From Octopus vulgaris (taxonomy: Eukaryota): DNA of 64,000 bases. Position numbers and translations under genes: made by a program. Shown here piece by piece: positions 42,416 through 56,534 of the stretch (its first letter is position 1; every line of letters starts with the position of its first letter). The DNA lies in assembly GCA_951406725.2 (NCBI GenBank), contig OX597833.1, forward strand, positions 60,140,001-60,204,000. The letters are read 5' to 3'. Under the pieces are notes generated by a model, which saw only the letters and a list, made by a program, of their open reading frames with translations, was not told where the DNA came from and made no database searches.

Positions 42416-42808
42416 ACAGCAGTATAACCCGGCTTTGCTCGGGTTTGTTTCAACCCTTTAGAATTGGAATTCTTGAAAAGTAAAAATTTTGCATTATGTA
42501 GCTTGTTATTATCTTTAAGTGAACATTTTTCTGGTTGAAATACACCAAAAAATGGCGACACAGCTGTCAAAAAAATCGTAAAAAATAGGGATTTTCATAG
42601 AAAAAAATCACCTTTTTGATGTAAATAATTTTTGGTGTTAACATGGTCCGATTTGAATGTTTTCTTCTACGGAAGGAAGAGCAAGCCTTCTTCTATCATA
42701 CTCTTAATTTTGGTCAACTTGCGCCACAGGGTCTCGGAGGAGATAGTGTTAGTTGAAGACTACCAAACCTGCCATACACAGACAACTTCAGCTTTATATA
42801 GACAGAGA
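42416..42808 (-). mobile_element. Non-autonomous Helitron (intronic)
   Basis: Termini similar to 38192-38706. Confidence 0.65.
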
Positions 42809-43034
42809 TTAATTGTACAGAAATATATAATTTCGCTGCTTTTCGGAGACACACACACACACACACATGTATGTATATATGAATATGTATAAATGTGTGG
42901 GTGCGAGTGTATGTGTGTGTGTATATGTGTGTGTTATATACTTATAGGCGTAGTTGTGCGGTAAAAAGGTTGTTTCTCAACCCTGTGCTACTGGGTTTGG
43001 TTTCAATGTGCAGCGATTTCAGTTTCCACCAATA

Positions 43035-44272
43035 CAGGGGTTGGACAAAATAATGGAAACACCTTAACGTTTCAAACAAATTTATTTTAATATGGCAGTA
43101 ATTTTGATATTTGGCAGTAATAACAACTTGAATTCTATGAGATATGGACTTGTACAAAGTTTGAATTGTTTCCAAAGGAATTTTTGTTCAAACAGTCTCC
43201 AGTTCTTGTAGTGATGATAGTGGAGGATATCGGCTCCTTCCTTATTTTTCTAAAATGCACAATAAGTGTTCTATAATATTGAGACCTGGGGTCTGTGGTG
43301 GCCATATAAGATGTTCAACCTCACTAAAATGTTCCTCGTACCATTCAGTAACAACTTTAGCTGAGTGAATTGGTGCATTATCATTCTGAAAGATTGCATT
43401 TCGCTCCGGAAACAGTTCTGCAACCATTGGATGAATTTGATCAGATAAAATGCTTCAATAATCTTGACTATTAATTCTGCCATGAAGGAAAATCATTGGG
43501 CCAGCGGATTTCCAAGATATAGCCCCCAAAGCTCATCATTGCAGATCCTCTTCCATGTTTAATAAAAGAAAGCAGTCTGGGTCAAATGCTTCATTTGGCT
43601 GACTCCACAAGTACACTCGGTGGTCGGAAATAGGGTAAAAGATGACTCGTCTGAGAAAATAACTTTCTTCCACTGCTCTAGAGACCAATTCTGTAGATTT
43701 TTACTCCACTCCACTCTAAACAGTTTGCAACATTTGTTTTTGAAGGTAGTGGTTTTCTGATTGCAGCCCTCCCTTTGTGTAGCTCCCAGCGAACTGTTTT
43801 TGTGGAAACTGGGTTCTCAAGGTGGTCATTAAGCTCTGCAGTAATTTTGGGAGCTGTACTTTTGTGATCCTTTCACATAAGAGTCCGACGGTCCCTATCT
43901 AAAAATTTTGGCTTTCTTCTGGAGTTTTGTTTCGCCGAGGAGGTTTTTCCCTCTTTCTCAACGATTGTTATTACTTTCGAGACAGTACTTCTTGATACAC
44001 CAAACATTTCGGCTGTTCTCGTTACGCTAGCGCCTGCGATACGAGCACCAACATTTTGACCTTTTTGAAAGTCCGATAAATCTGTCATTTTAATGAATTT
44101 TAATTACCTTATTTTGATGATATCTGAAAAGAAAAAGCAATTTTAGCAAAACATATTAAGCAACACTAATAATAAATAAAAAAACCTAAAAATAGACAAG
44201 CTTTTGACAGCTTTATAGATATTTCAAAATTATGATGTGATGATGCTAGGTGTTTCCATTATTTTGCGCCTG
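43035..44272 (-). mobile_element. Decayed near-full-length Tc1 transposon in the intron of the IFIT-like gene
   Basis: TIRs at both ends; MTDLSDFQKGQ.., FQNDNAPIH and WPPQTPGLNIIEHL fragments. Confidence 0.92.
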
Positions 44273-44295
44273 TGTGTGAGTGTTATATTATATTA

Positions 44296-44602
44296 CTAGC
44301 AGTATCGCCCGGCGTTGCTCGGGTTTGTAAGGGAAATAACTATATAAGCATTTTTAGAGAGTTACTTCCCTTATATAACCCGAGCAAAAATCCTTAAAAA
44401 TGCGGAAAAATTATGGTAATTTTTTTTTTTAATCGTAGACTCATCGTAGACACGCGCTAATACCCAGAAGGGCTTGATATGAATGACGACTATAAGATAC
44501 CCGCTTTTGGTTAAACTGCACCGCAAAATGTGTGAGTAGTTAGGAATCTAAATCGGAGTAGACAGATACACATACACACAACTTTAGTTTTATATATAAA
44601 GA
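44296..44602 (-). mobile_element. Non-autonomous Helitron (intronic)
   Basis: CTAG/hairpin end identical to 38192; TC start. Confidence 0.8.
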
Positions 44603-44912
44603 TAATACAGCCTGTCAATCTTGTTGTTGTTGTTGTTGTTGATGATGATGTTGATGATGATGATGCATTTATCACTCTGTCAAACACACCTCTTACCTTG
44701 TTCTCTCACTTATTTACGCTCACTTTTCTGTGCGCATATTAAAAACATCAAACATTCGGTTTCAAAATACTCAGCCACTACATCAACCGTATCAGACAAG
44801 GAAAGTTTAGCATTGTTTCATTAGCTAAAAATCGAAAATTGGAGAATATTTTTTTGTCTATGATAATGTGTGATATCATATTTCATACGCAATCATTTTG
44901 TTTTTATTTCAG

Positions 44913-46400
44913 GATGAGGAACGTAAAATCAAATTGTACAGGGAAAGAATTAAAAGATTTCCAAGTATAATGGAAGAATGTGTTGAGAAAACCGAAGAAG
45001 TTTGGTCGTCTCTCTACAAAAAAGTAGAAAATACATTGAATGATGATATCTTATTTGGTTTAGAAGATGAGATTCGTCAAAAGAATGTCCTAGTATATAT
45101 TCTGTGGCAGATGAAAGATAAATTTTCAGCTGAAAAATTAGCCAATGAAATTCGAGAAAAGATGCCAGATAACCTGGTGGCATTAACCAACCTTGCATTC
45201 ATTCATTTGTATAATAGAAATATCCCTGAGGTAAGAAACCTTTTGGATAATCTAAGCAAGCTTGAAGAAAGAGAAAATTTCTTGCTGATAGAAGCAGAAG
45301 GCAAAAGAAATGTTGCTTATTGTTTAGCTACTATATCTTTTAAAGATCATGAAAGAGCTGTCGAACTTTACAAAGAGTCTCTCAACGTTTGTCCAGACAA
45401 TTATCTGTGTATGTTTTCTATTGCTTTGTTGCAATATCGTTGTTTAAGAAAGACCATGGATAAAGAGAAATTATGTGAAAATATTAAGGAATCAATACAG
45501 TACTTAGAGAAAATACGATGTGCTTTTCCACACCATATTGACAAGGCCCTAATGGGAAGAACATTAGCATTGATAGGTTTGTTTAAAATTAGTCCTTGGA
45601 ATTTTCGTAGTCAACCAGCTGAAGAGTATTTTCAGAGAGCTCTTCATATTTCCCCTGATGACCCCTATGTTTTGCAGAAAAGTGCCAATAATTATATACG
45701 TTCATATCAGCTTGAACAAGGAAGAAAATTGCTTGAAAAAGCAATTGAAATAAAGGCAACATCATATTCTCATCATCAGCTTGGATTACTCTATCTAAGA
45801 ATGAATACACCAAAATATACATATGTCCCAATGAACAAACAATTCTCAGAAGAAACGAATTTATTTGCGAAAGTTTTAAAACATGCTCAAAGTATTCCTC
45901 ATATAGAAAGGAATGAGTTAATCAACAAAGCTGAATATCACTTTCAACAAGCTCTTGAACTTTCTCCAGAAAATTCAGCTGCTCTATATGATATCATTTT
46001 ATTATATATGTCTTTGAAAGAATATGACAATGCCAGGAAGTGTTGTGAAAGATTTAAAGCAGATATCAAAATGCAAGATGTTAATTTTAACATTTTGTTT
46101 GGAAGATTATGTCTTAAAGAAGCAGATGTAAAAAATGATGAAGAAGAAAAAGATCAATTAAGACGTACAGGAATAGATAGGTTTGTTCTGGCTCTTAAAT
46201 CTGCTGTAGAATTTCTTCCTTTCGACAAAGACCTGATAGAAATTTGGGAGATAAAGGAAATAATACTTGATTTATATGAGTATGGAAATGGAAATGGAAA
46301 TACTGAATACAAAAAGTTTGTTTTGGAATTCATTCACTCAGTAGAAGACCTTGCAAATGATAAAGAGCTCCAAAATATACTTCACAAGAGTGAATTATAA
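44913..46400 (+). CDS. Large coding exon 2 of an IFIT-like tetratricopeptide-repeat protein (495 aa; ~512 aa spliced)
   Basis: Acceptor ttttgtttttatttcAG; intact 1488-nt non-repetitive ORF; multiple TPR units (A..Y..AL...P.N); motifs HHQLGLLY, AEYHFQQALELSP, MQDVNFNILFGR; AATAAA at 46718. Confidence 0.9.
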   Translation, partial: DEERKIKLYRERIKRFPSIMEECVEKTEEVWSSLYKKVENTLNDDILFGLEDEIRQKNVLVYILWQMKDKFSAEKLANEIREKMPDNLVALTNLAFIHLYNRNIPEVRNLLDNLSKLEERENFLLIEAEGKRNVAYCLATISFKDHERAVELYKESLNVCPDNYLCMFSIALLQYRCLRKTMDKEKLCENIKESIQYLEKIRCAFPHHIDKALMGRTLALIGLFKISPWNFRSQPAEEYFQRALHISPDDPYVLQKSANNYIRSYQLEQGRKLLEKAIEIKATSYSHHQLGLLYLRMNTPKYTYVPMNKQFSEETNLFAKVLKHAQSIPHIERNELINKAEYHFQQALELSPENSAALYDIILLYMSLKEYDNARKCCERFKADIKMQDVNFNILFGRLCLKEADVKNDEEEKDQLRRTGIDRFVLALKSAVEFLPFDKDLIEIWEIKEIILDLYEYGNGNGNTEYKKFVLEFIHSVEDLANDKELQNILHKSEL

Positions 46401-48542
46401 AAGATAAATTGTGTTCATAAGTATACTAATGATTAGTGGGCGCGTGATATTTGGTTATAAAAACATAATATACAATGAATTATGTTGTTTTCTATTCTGG
46501 GAACAAGGTCCGAAACTTTGTGGGAGGGAACCAGCCGATTAGATCGATCCCAGTATGAAAGCACTAAAGAACTGAATGGCATATTTGGCCCTTGTAAATT
46601 GTTTGCCTCTTTTCTGGGACACAAGCAAATAACTGAGGCAGCAAAGTCTTTCAACAGGGTAGCCATACGTGGAAGAGTTGTAACTTTCAGTTAAAGGGGC
46701 ATAAAAGAAATCGATGTAATAAACATCACAGAGAAAATACGTATAAACTTATCATCAGACCCTCGTTAATTCCCTGCACTTCCCATAAAAACATGTAAAC
46801 ATTCCACTAACCAAACGACATTAGTTACTTATTAAAACCTTCTGGCAAACATTAATTCCTCATTAGCAAGGAAGAGCCAGAATATACCCTAGCTATAAAG
46901 AAGATGCAGAACAAATTTGTTTGGCAGTTTCATATATTAAGTTTATCTTTGTACTCATCTTAATGTGTATTTTATTTTATTTATCTATTTATCTATACAT
47001 TGATATATTTATATATATACTTCCATTTATTTATTTTTATTTATTTTTATTTCTATTTGTATTTGTATTTTTATTCATTTATTTATTCATTCTTTGTTTT
47101 CTTTTCTATTTTTTTCATTTATTAATTTATAATTAATCTAATTTATAATTAATTTACTTATATTTTAATTAATAGTAATGTCTGTCCGTTTACTTACTGT
47201 GTATGTATGTATACGTCCTTTGATGGGCAGACATATATTTTGTAATTTAGTTAATATACGTAGATTTGACGAAATGTGTTCATAAGTATATGTATGTGTA
47301 TGTATGTTTTCTGTATGTATAAGTATGTTCATAGATGGATATATATGTATATGTTTTTATTATACATAGGAGTACGCAAGTACGTATTTAAATATGTATA
47401 TATGTAAGTGCGAAGATTTGCAGACGTAGTACAAGAGAGTGTCGTAATTTGTTCATATGTATATGTATGTGTATGTATGTTTTAGTATGTATATGTGTAT
47501 TCGTGGGTGGATATATATATATATGTTTTTATTATATGTGTGAGTGCGCAGATATATATTTAAATATGTATATATATATATATGCGAATGTTTGCAGACA
47601 CAGGGTATGTGAGTATAAACGTTTATAGATATGTGCGGATGTGCGTGTGAGTATGTGTGTGAGTGTATAAACATTACTTTAGCTGTCCCGGCCTGTGCTG
47701 ATTATCTATACGCCAGTTGATGACAGACATATATATTTTGTAACTGAGTAAATATATGTGGATATGTCGAAATGTACTCATATGTATATATATATGTGTG
47801 TGTGTATGCGTGTGTATAAATGTTGGTATAGTTTTTTTTGTTTTTTTTTCCAACAAACCAACCGTAAAGAAGACAATGGTAATTTAAATTCAAATCCATA
47901 AGCCAATCATAGTTTAGCGATAGATTCGTATCTATTTCTGAAAGTAATAGTGTATGTCTGTCACATTGGAAATTATAAATCTGAACTCAGAATTACATAT
48001 GTGCACCGGTGGATCTTAATGTTGTGTTGACGGAATGCTTTTGTTTCATATTTCGCATGTATATACAGATATTTAACACTTCACATGGTATTGTAGTACT
48101 ATTGTAACTATATTGCTAATAATGGAATCTATATATTGTTTTTCTAGTATTAGCGTTGTCAATAATAATACGAATGATGATATTGGTAGCATTAGTGGTA
48201 ATGACAATGATAATGATGCTAACATTAATGACATTTTGGAAATTGTTACGAATTAATATAATGTACTCTTGACTCTGTATATCTGCATTTAGGTATTAAT
48301 ATGTGTACGTTTTTCTACTTTGTAATTATCACAATATTAAGCTGAAAAACTGTAACGTTGGATGTGGAACATATATATGTTTATTGATCTATATTATTTA
48401 CATTATTTATATCATTATGTATATGTATATTTATATGTATAGGAGTGTGAGTATATGCACTCATATGTATATGTATATGTTTTATTATGGGTATGTACCC
48501 ACACCTATATAAATGTGTATTTAATCTGATTTGTATCACATA

Positions 48543-48632
48543 ATCTCCGAAGAGGCCTTAGGATATTTTTGTAAATGTCTCATTTATAACTACGAGACAT
48601 ACTTATCTGCATGGCCGAAACAGCTGTAAGAT
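48543..48632 (+). ncRNA. Penelope-type minimal type I hammerhead ribozyme (U4C core variant)
   Basis: ATCT-CCGAAGA-GGCC...GGCC-GAAAC-AGCT-GTA-AGAT; internal hairpin atgtctc/gagacat in loop II. Confidence 0.68.
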
Positions 48633-49021
48633 GTAGTCTATATCTATACTTATATTTACTTATTTTTATATTATCTTATACATATTGTACTTACTGTATA
48701 ACATTACTCCTTTATGTATACTATGTTGTTCTACTTTATTATGTTTGTCCTTACAGTTTCTTATGTGGTGGTTTAATAAAGTATGTGATTGAGTATTATC
48801 TGGTAATCGATATTTTATTTAGATGTATTTCTCCATTTTCTTATTTTGTATTATGAACTTGGGATAAAAAAATTTTACCTTTGCCCATATAATACAGTAA
48901 GTGAATTAATTGCATCGCAATTATTAACATTTATGTATTAACTTTGTTGGGTACTTAACTAGCGGTAAATTGGATATATGTTATCCCATGGAGGGTTGCA
49001 TTTACAACGCCTATCTCAATT

Positions 49022-49056
<35 letters not shown>

Positions 49057-49103
49057 ACACCAGCAGATCACATATATATATATATACATATACACATATA
49101 TAA

Positions 49104-49143
<40 letters not shown>

Positions 49144-49296
49144 AATCCAAACGGGAAAACAAAAAAACAACAACAATGGAACAATTACAGTATTATTATT
49201 AATAGGCGCTCAGGAAATGGAAGCAGGAAGGTATGACGTTTCGAGCGGAGCTCTTCGTCGGAAACATAAAGAAGGAAGAGAGAGGAAAGAAAGATC

Positions 49297-49399
<103 letters not shown>

Positions 49400-50065
49400 A
49401 CTGCTAACTGCACTCATAAACACGGATGTATGCGCACTGATCTACATGTACGCGTGTGCGCCCATATACACCCATGCGTGCTCATGTATGTGCACGTGCA
49501 CACATGTGTGCTCACACGCGTATGCATGTGCTCGTATGTACATGGACATGGAGATAAAAGTGTTCACGTGCGTGTGTGTGTATGTGTGTGCGCGCGTGTG
49601 CATGCGTGCGTTCGTATGTGTGTGTGTGTGTATGTATGTGCGCGTGTGGCTGTGCGAATGTACATCTAGACGCACATGCACAAACGTATACGTACAGATT
49701 CATACACGCAGATATATGGGCATATACATGTATACATATATACTCCCACATGTGCCGCCCCTTCCCATTTCCCCCAACCATGCAACCGCTTTCCTGTCCA
49801 TCACACAATCGATTTCCTCTTCACCATGAGGTGTTTTCCAAGTAATTGTTATCGCTGAAATACCAACATCAAACTGCGGCACCGCGTTACCTTTCTCGAC
49901 CAGTCACAGACTCACGTCCAATAGAAAATATTTATTCACTTCAATTGAATTCTCATTCAGACTCAATGACAGAAGACAAGCAACATGCTTGAAACTGCCT
50001 TGATCCATAAATGTAACTAACAGTGAATGTGTTGAGCGCCCTTCTTCCGCCTGTCTACATACACG

Positions 50066-50115
<50 letters not shown>

Positions 50116-50155
50116 GTGGATGCTTAGTGAAATTCTCTCTCTCTCTCTCGCTCTC

Positions 50156-51094
50156 TGTTATATATAACATAAGTACAGACATAGCAGATAACAGCTAGCC
50201 TTCGGCCACTTGGACCCTGTTGTGTCTACTACTCTGATTGGTTGGTATTGGCGCAGTTTGTCTCTTGCTCTATTACGCACCAGTGTGCAACCCAGCCAAT
50301 CTCAGCCTTCTGATATGGTCCCATGATACAGTCTTCTAAATCTCCATTGGACCCTACTGGTCCCTATAAAAAAACTAGTTTTCAACACCGTATTTCATCT
50401 TTGGTTCTAGACCTTCTGAGGTCTAACCACTGACCACAGAGCACACATCCAGTTCCAGCGACAGACAACACCAGCAGATCACATGGAGACTGAAATTCGT
50501 CCAGCAGCATCAGGACCTCCATCTCTGTCGCCTCCATCTTCTTAGCGTCGCCAACCACATCTATACGTACACAGCAACCGCAGCCAGGATTCTATCTTCT
50601 CACTGTTCGTGAATTACTTCACCATGGTTAACAGCAAATACAACCTGCGAGATCCTCCTGTAACAAGTAACCGACTCTGCATTGTAGCCACCACTTCCAC
50701 GTGCCTAACTGGCTCTGCATTGTAGTCACAACTTCTTGTTACAGCTCTTCAACTATTGTGTACCTTACTATGAACTGGTATTTATCTTGTAAGAACATTC
50801 TTCTAGCATCCTATTATAAACTCTTTCTACACTGTATTTTATCTCACAAGCATACACCCTTGTTTGCACACACATACACATTATGTATGCATCACGGCCT
50901 GTCTATTGTTATAATTATATATGTAGTTATGACGAACACACAGACACGCACATGTTAACACCTAAATAAAATCTTTCTCTTAAACATTCTACGGTTGTGT
51001 CGTCTTTCTTTTCCTACTGGTACTTTTACTCATTTATCCTTTTTGCTTTTATTGTAAAGCGACCGTGTGGTATATTAAAGGAGTCGTTCTTACA
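50156..51094 (+). mobile_element. Possible solo LTR
   Basis: TGTTA...TTACA ends, internal TATAAAA (~50365) and AATAAA (~50965); no clear TSD. Confidence 0.4.
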
Positions 51095-52347
51095 TGTACA
51101 TATATATATACTCACAAAATAAAATATATTAGTACACTTTAAATGTCAACGAAATATGTTTACCACAAAACCATAAAAATCAAATATATGAATACACTTC
51201 AAATGCGAGGGAAATGTATTTATATACAAAACTTCAAATGCAAAATTTGTGTATTTATATACAAAAGAAAATGTTCACAGACTCATTACTAGTTATAATT
51301 ACAGCTCATGATTGTATGTTACAGAAGGAAAAGAATCTTATTTTAATCACCAAGGCGATGAAAATTTCACCCGGGATTAATTTGAGAACGATTTCATCCT
51401 TGACCACTACATTGCCTACTGGATTGGATTGGACTGGATTGCCTCTGTTCAGACCCCTGCAGGACGAACATCTTAGAATGTTCTCTCCGCCAACCACAGT
51501 CCGATGTTGGGGCCGTGAAATTTGAGCTTGAGATCATACCGGTTTGGTGAACCTACTCTGCCGCACTGGTTGCACGACATGGCTTAACAGAAGGATGCAG
51601 TTTTATTATATTCAAACCCAGGAGTAATCAAGTCAACTACATGGTCCTCACTGCTCAACATATGCTAAGTTTATCGACCTCGCAATTTTGGCAATTGTTT
51701 TCACCTGAGCACTGATTGCATGCGTCTATTGTATAAATGTGCCCTTTGAAACATTCTTATCTGTTATCACTCTCTCCCTCTTTCTCTCTAGTTCCCTCTC
51801 TTCTCTCTTCCACTCTCTCTCCTTTTTTCTGTCTCTCTGTCTCTCCCTATTTACCCATCTCTATCTCGATATATGTGTGTGATTGCGTGTGTGTGTGTGT
51901 GTGTGTATGTCTCTCTCTCTCTCTGTATATATATATATATATACAAACACTTTTGAATGTCATCAAACAATTTTCACTTTCATTCTTCCAAATTTAGTTA
52001 TCAATAAGAGCATAGCCACATTTTACTCCTCACTTTTGTTAAACTAGTTTACGGAGGCTCTTCTTTTCCAAATTGCCTCTCTTCTTCAATCTCGAGTTTC
52101 GTTAAAACATCTTCAGACCCAGTGACACTGCTTTGATACAAATTTCAAGTTTACTTTGGAAACAAAAAGAAACAGAAGGAGAAAGAAATCTTTTTTCCAA
52201 CGTGAACTTGCTTTTCGCTTAAAATATGGCCAATGAAATACAGAACATAACCAAAATATTGCAGGAATCGAAACTTGTGAGTATTCGAACACAGGCATTT
52301 GCATGAATATACATCATACATAATAATAATAATACTAATACTAATAT

Positions 52348-52395
<48 letters not shown>

Positions 52396-52674
52396 TTGAT
52401 GATGATGATAACAATAATAATAATTTTCTTTCCTTCCCCACTTTATTTTATTTAACTTCGCTATGTTTTATTTTTTCCTTTTTTTTTTTCTCTGCCTTTC
52501 CCCCTTTTTCTCTATCACATGATTCTCTAAATGAACAACCTGGTGCGATTGTTTTAATGGCCTACCAATGTATACAGTACATTTCTTTGCCCTAGGTGTA
52601 AGGAAGACACTTTGGCAAGAAATAGAAACAGAATTGAATGATGATGCTACTTAATAATAATAATAATAATAATG

Positions 52675-52713
<39 letters not shown>

Positions 52714-52718
<5 letters not shown>

Positions 52719-53412
52719 CATGTAATGAAAAGAAATATTACAAGTAACTGCAGAATATGTGGAGATGGACAAGAAACAATAAATCATATTATCTCTAGCT
52801 GCCCAGTCCTGGCTAAGAAGGAATATATTCACAGACATGACAGAGTTGGAACCTACATACATTGGAAGCTATGCCAACATAATGGAATAACCACAGAAAA
52901 AAGATGGTATAGGCACACACCAGAAAAGGTCACAGAAAACGAGAAAGCAACCATACTCTGGGATATGCCGATACACACAGATAGAGAAATTAAGGCCAAC
53001 AGACCAGATATAGTTGTCAGAGATCATGAAGAAAAAAAATGCTTTCTAATTGATGTATCAATACCGGCAGATGACAACGTGTCTCTAAAAGAAATGGAGA
53101 AACTCTCAAAATACAAAGACCTGGAAATAGAGGTAACTAGAATGTGGAATCTGAAAACAGAAACAATTCCTATCATAGTAGGTGCATTAGGCATGATAAA
53201 AAAATATTCAGACAAATACATAACAAAAACACCAGGACTTACAAACACATATAACATACAGAAAATTGCACTACAAGGCACTGCACACATCCTATGCAGA
53301 ACACTTTCCATACAATAACCATCAGAGCATCACAACAAATCACAGCACATACCCAAGGCACACAGAGCTGCGCTCGGTAGTGAAGTGAAAGCACGCTATA
53401 AAAATAAAACTA

Positions 53413-53417
<5 letters not shown>
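52714..53417 (+). mobile_element. 5'-truncated R4/Dong-clade LINE: CCHC zinc knuckle plus PD-(D/E)xK endonuclease (open to 53318) and 3' UTR, inserted in (TAA)n
   Basis: CRICG..ETINHIISSC, RHD, RPDIVV..IDVSIP..KLSKY, PIIVGALG motifs; (TAA)n on both sides. Confidence 0.88.
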
Positions 53418-53471
<54 letters not shown>

Positions 53472-53966
53472 TAATAATGATAATAATATACCCTTCATCA
53501 GTCTTTACGTTTAACCCCCTCCCCCATATTACCATTGTCAAGCGTCAATCATTTGTTCGGTGTATGCGAATGAATTTTTTATTTAGTTTTATGTATGTTG
53601 TATTGTAGCCAGCTTTTTTGTTGAAAGATGGTGTTTTTAATGCTGTTAGGAATTATTGTTGAATTGTTCATTTTTGTTAGTGTTATCTGGGTGACTCATT
53701 TGTGATTTCTGGTAGATCGAATGACTTGACTTATAGAAGCTCAATTCGTGAAGTAAAATATTACAACTTATTGAATAGTTATTTAATTGTTTTCGAAGGT
53801 TATTTGAAAAAAAATTGATTTCTTCAGCTGTTCTCTGAAACAAAAGAGTAAAAGTGTTTCTGCCAATGGAACAAGGGCATACTTATACAAGCGTTTCCTC
53901 CACCATCCATTGATTTTGTTTCCTCACAACTTTTAGGAAAAAGAACAGTTTTCAGTGAATATTTTT

Positions 53967-54435
53967 AGGATCTTTTCAGTTTGAACAATAGTTTGTAACA
54001 TAATTTCTAGGTAACTAAAAAGTTTTAAACTTCGTACACTGGTAGAATGTGTTTATAAAACATCATTTTCTCTTGGCTTTATTGAGAAAATTCTGTATTT
54101 TGTAACATATTTCATCTTTAATTTCTTGCATTTCAGCAATTTTAACCAATCAATTACCTCCATTGACGTAAATAACATTCTGTGCCGCATGAATATGTCT
54201 CTCGTTTAAGAAACAGATTGGGTTTATTTAGAGTTGTGAAGAAAAAAAGATACCCTTCCCCCACCCCTAACCCTAACCCAAAATCTAAAATAGATTGAAA
54301 TGCAATAGATCGATGCTAGGGTTATAATTGTGGGTGACAATTATGGATGACAATTTCATACTGCTAGAGAAAATGGGAATTTTTTAGTTACCTAGAAATT
54401 ATGTTACAAACTGCCATTCAAACCGAAAAGATCCT
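53967..54435. mobile_element. MITE with ~55-bp TIRs (truncated relative at ~39466-39640)
   Basis: aggatcttttc..tttgtaacataatttctaggtaactaaaa versus its reverse complement at 54382-54435. Confidence 0.82.
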
Positions 54436-55320
54436 TTTTTTATAACGATAACATCAGGGTTTAATGCGATAAAGCTTTTTGGTGGGTGGTGGGCGTTTCG
54501 GATAATTCATGTGAATCGATTCTGTTTGGTCATGAGTTTCAGGAAAATAGATATGTTTAAAAGAAATTTTCAGAAAATACACAAGACAATTACTGTTCTG
54601 TAGAGCTAAAGAAGACATTTTCCATTTTAACAACACAATCGTGCACCCCCACTGAATGTGCTTATCATTCTAGAAAATGGATATTTTTCCAATGAAATTT
54701 TCTGCAAATGCCTTTCAGATACTGTAGATTTCCGTTATATGGGAATTAGTCATGAAAACATTTTTCGGAGGAGTGAAGAGGAGTTTCGGATAATTCCCAT
54801 GAGTCGACTTTGTTTTCACATAAACTCGCAAAAATTGCGTATTTGTTAAGGAAATTTTCTACAAATTTCTTTTAAATTACGATTATATCGAAATTTGATG
54901 TGAAAAAAAAAAACTATGCGCGCACAAATATACTGAGATCTATTACACATTTTTTTTTCAAGATGTCCAAGTTTCATTTTGTATTTATTGTGTGCTCACC
55001 AGTTTTTCTTTTTCTTGAGATCAAATTCCGATGTAATTGTAATTTATACCATGTGAAAGGTATTTCAAGAATATTTCAGCTAAAATAGCCATTTTTGAGA
55101 GTTATGAGAAAACAAATTCGACTTACTCTTTTACTCTTTTACTTGTTTCAGTCATTTGACTGTGGCCATGCTGGAGCACCGCCTTTAGTCGAGCAAATCG
55201 ACCCCGGTACTTATTCTTTGTAAGCCCAGTACTTATTAGCTGAACCGCTAAGTGACGGGGACGTAAACACACCAGCATCGGTTGTCAAGCAATGCTAGGG
55301 GGACAAACACAGACACACAA

Positions 55321-55385
<65 letters not shown>

Positions 55386-56481
55386 TACGACAGGCTTCTT
55401 TCAGTTTCCGTCTACCAAATCCACTCACAAGGCTTTGGTCGGCCCGGGGCTATAGCAGAAGACACTTGCCCAAGGTGCCACACAGTGGGACTGAACCCGG
55501 AACCATGTGGTTGGTTAGCAAGCTACTTACCACACAGCCACTCCTGCGCCTGTTGAATTATATTGAATTATATTGAATTATCCAAAATTCTTCCTCTGAA
55601 AAAAACTTTCACCACAAATTCCAACATAATTATAACACACAGCACCTGAAATGCATTTGTAGAAAATTTCATTAAAAAATATTCGTTTTTCTGAAAGTTA
55701 AGAGAAAAGAAGTCTTTTGGGTTTTTTTTTTTATCGTTCCAACGTTGGCAGATTCATAGAACACCCCTTAAGTATATCATGGGTTTTACAATTATAAATT
55801 CAACTAGCAAAACCGACCGTTCTAATTTGTCTGATTAAATCTAAAATTCGAGACATGGTCCAAAAAAAATGTGTATCAAAATATTATAATGCTGTGGAAA
55901 TAAAAAAAATAAGACCGCATCTCGTATTTGTTCCCTCATAACTTTCAGAAAAATGGATATTTTTTAATGAGGTTTTCTACAAATGCCTTTTAAATACTGT
56001 TGATTACGATAAATCAGAATATGTTGTGAAAATTTTTCGGAGGGGTCTGAGGAGAAGTTTCGCATAATTCACATCAATCAAAACTCTTTGCTCATTACTA
56101 AAAAAAAATTTTTTTAAATGGGTATTTTTGAAATAAAATATTCTGTCAATACTTTCCACATGGTGCAGATTACGATTGTATTGAAATTCGATCTGAAAAC
56201 GCAATATCAGTGGGCGTGTAATATCTACAAAATGAAACTTGAAATTTTAAAACACATCACGGGATTTGTGTCAATAGATTTGTAGGTACTCTGACCAAAT
56301 TTCGGTTTGTTTGTTTTTCAGTAAAAATTTCCTGTGTGGTAAGTAGCTTGCTAACCAACCACATGGTTCCGGGTTCAGTACCACTGCGTGGCATCTTGGG
56401 CAAGTGTCTTCTGCTATAGTCCCGGGCCGACCAATGCCTTGTGAGTGGATTTGGTAGACAGAAACTGAAAGAAGCCTGTCG

Positions 56482-56534
<53 letters not shown>

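Noticed and set aside
44898-44912. ORF-track start (TTG, MFLFQ) of the TPR protein
   Set aside because: This is the polypyrimidine tract and acceptor of the intron, not a start codon
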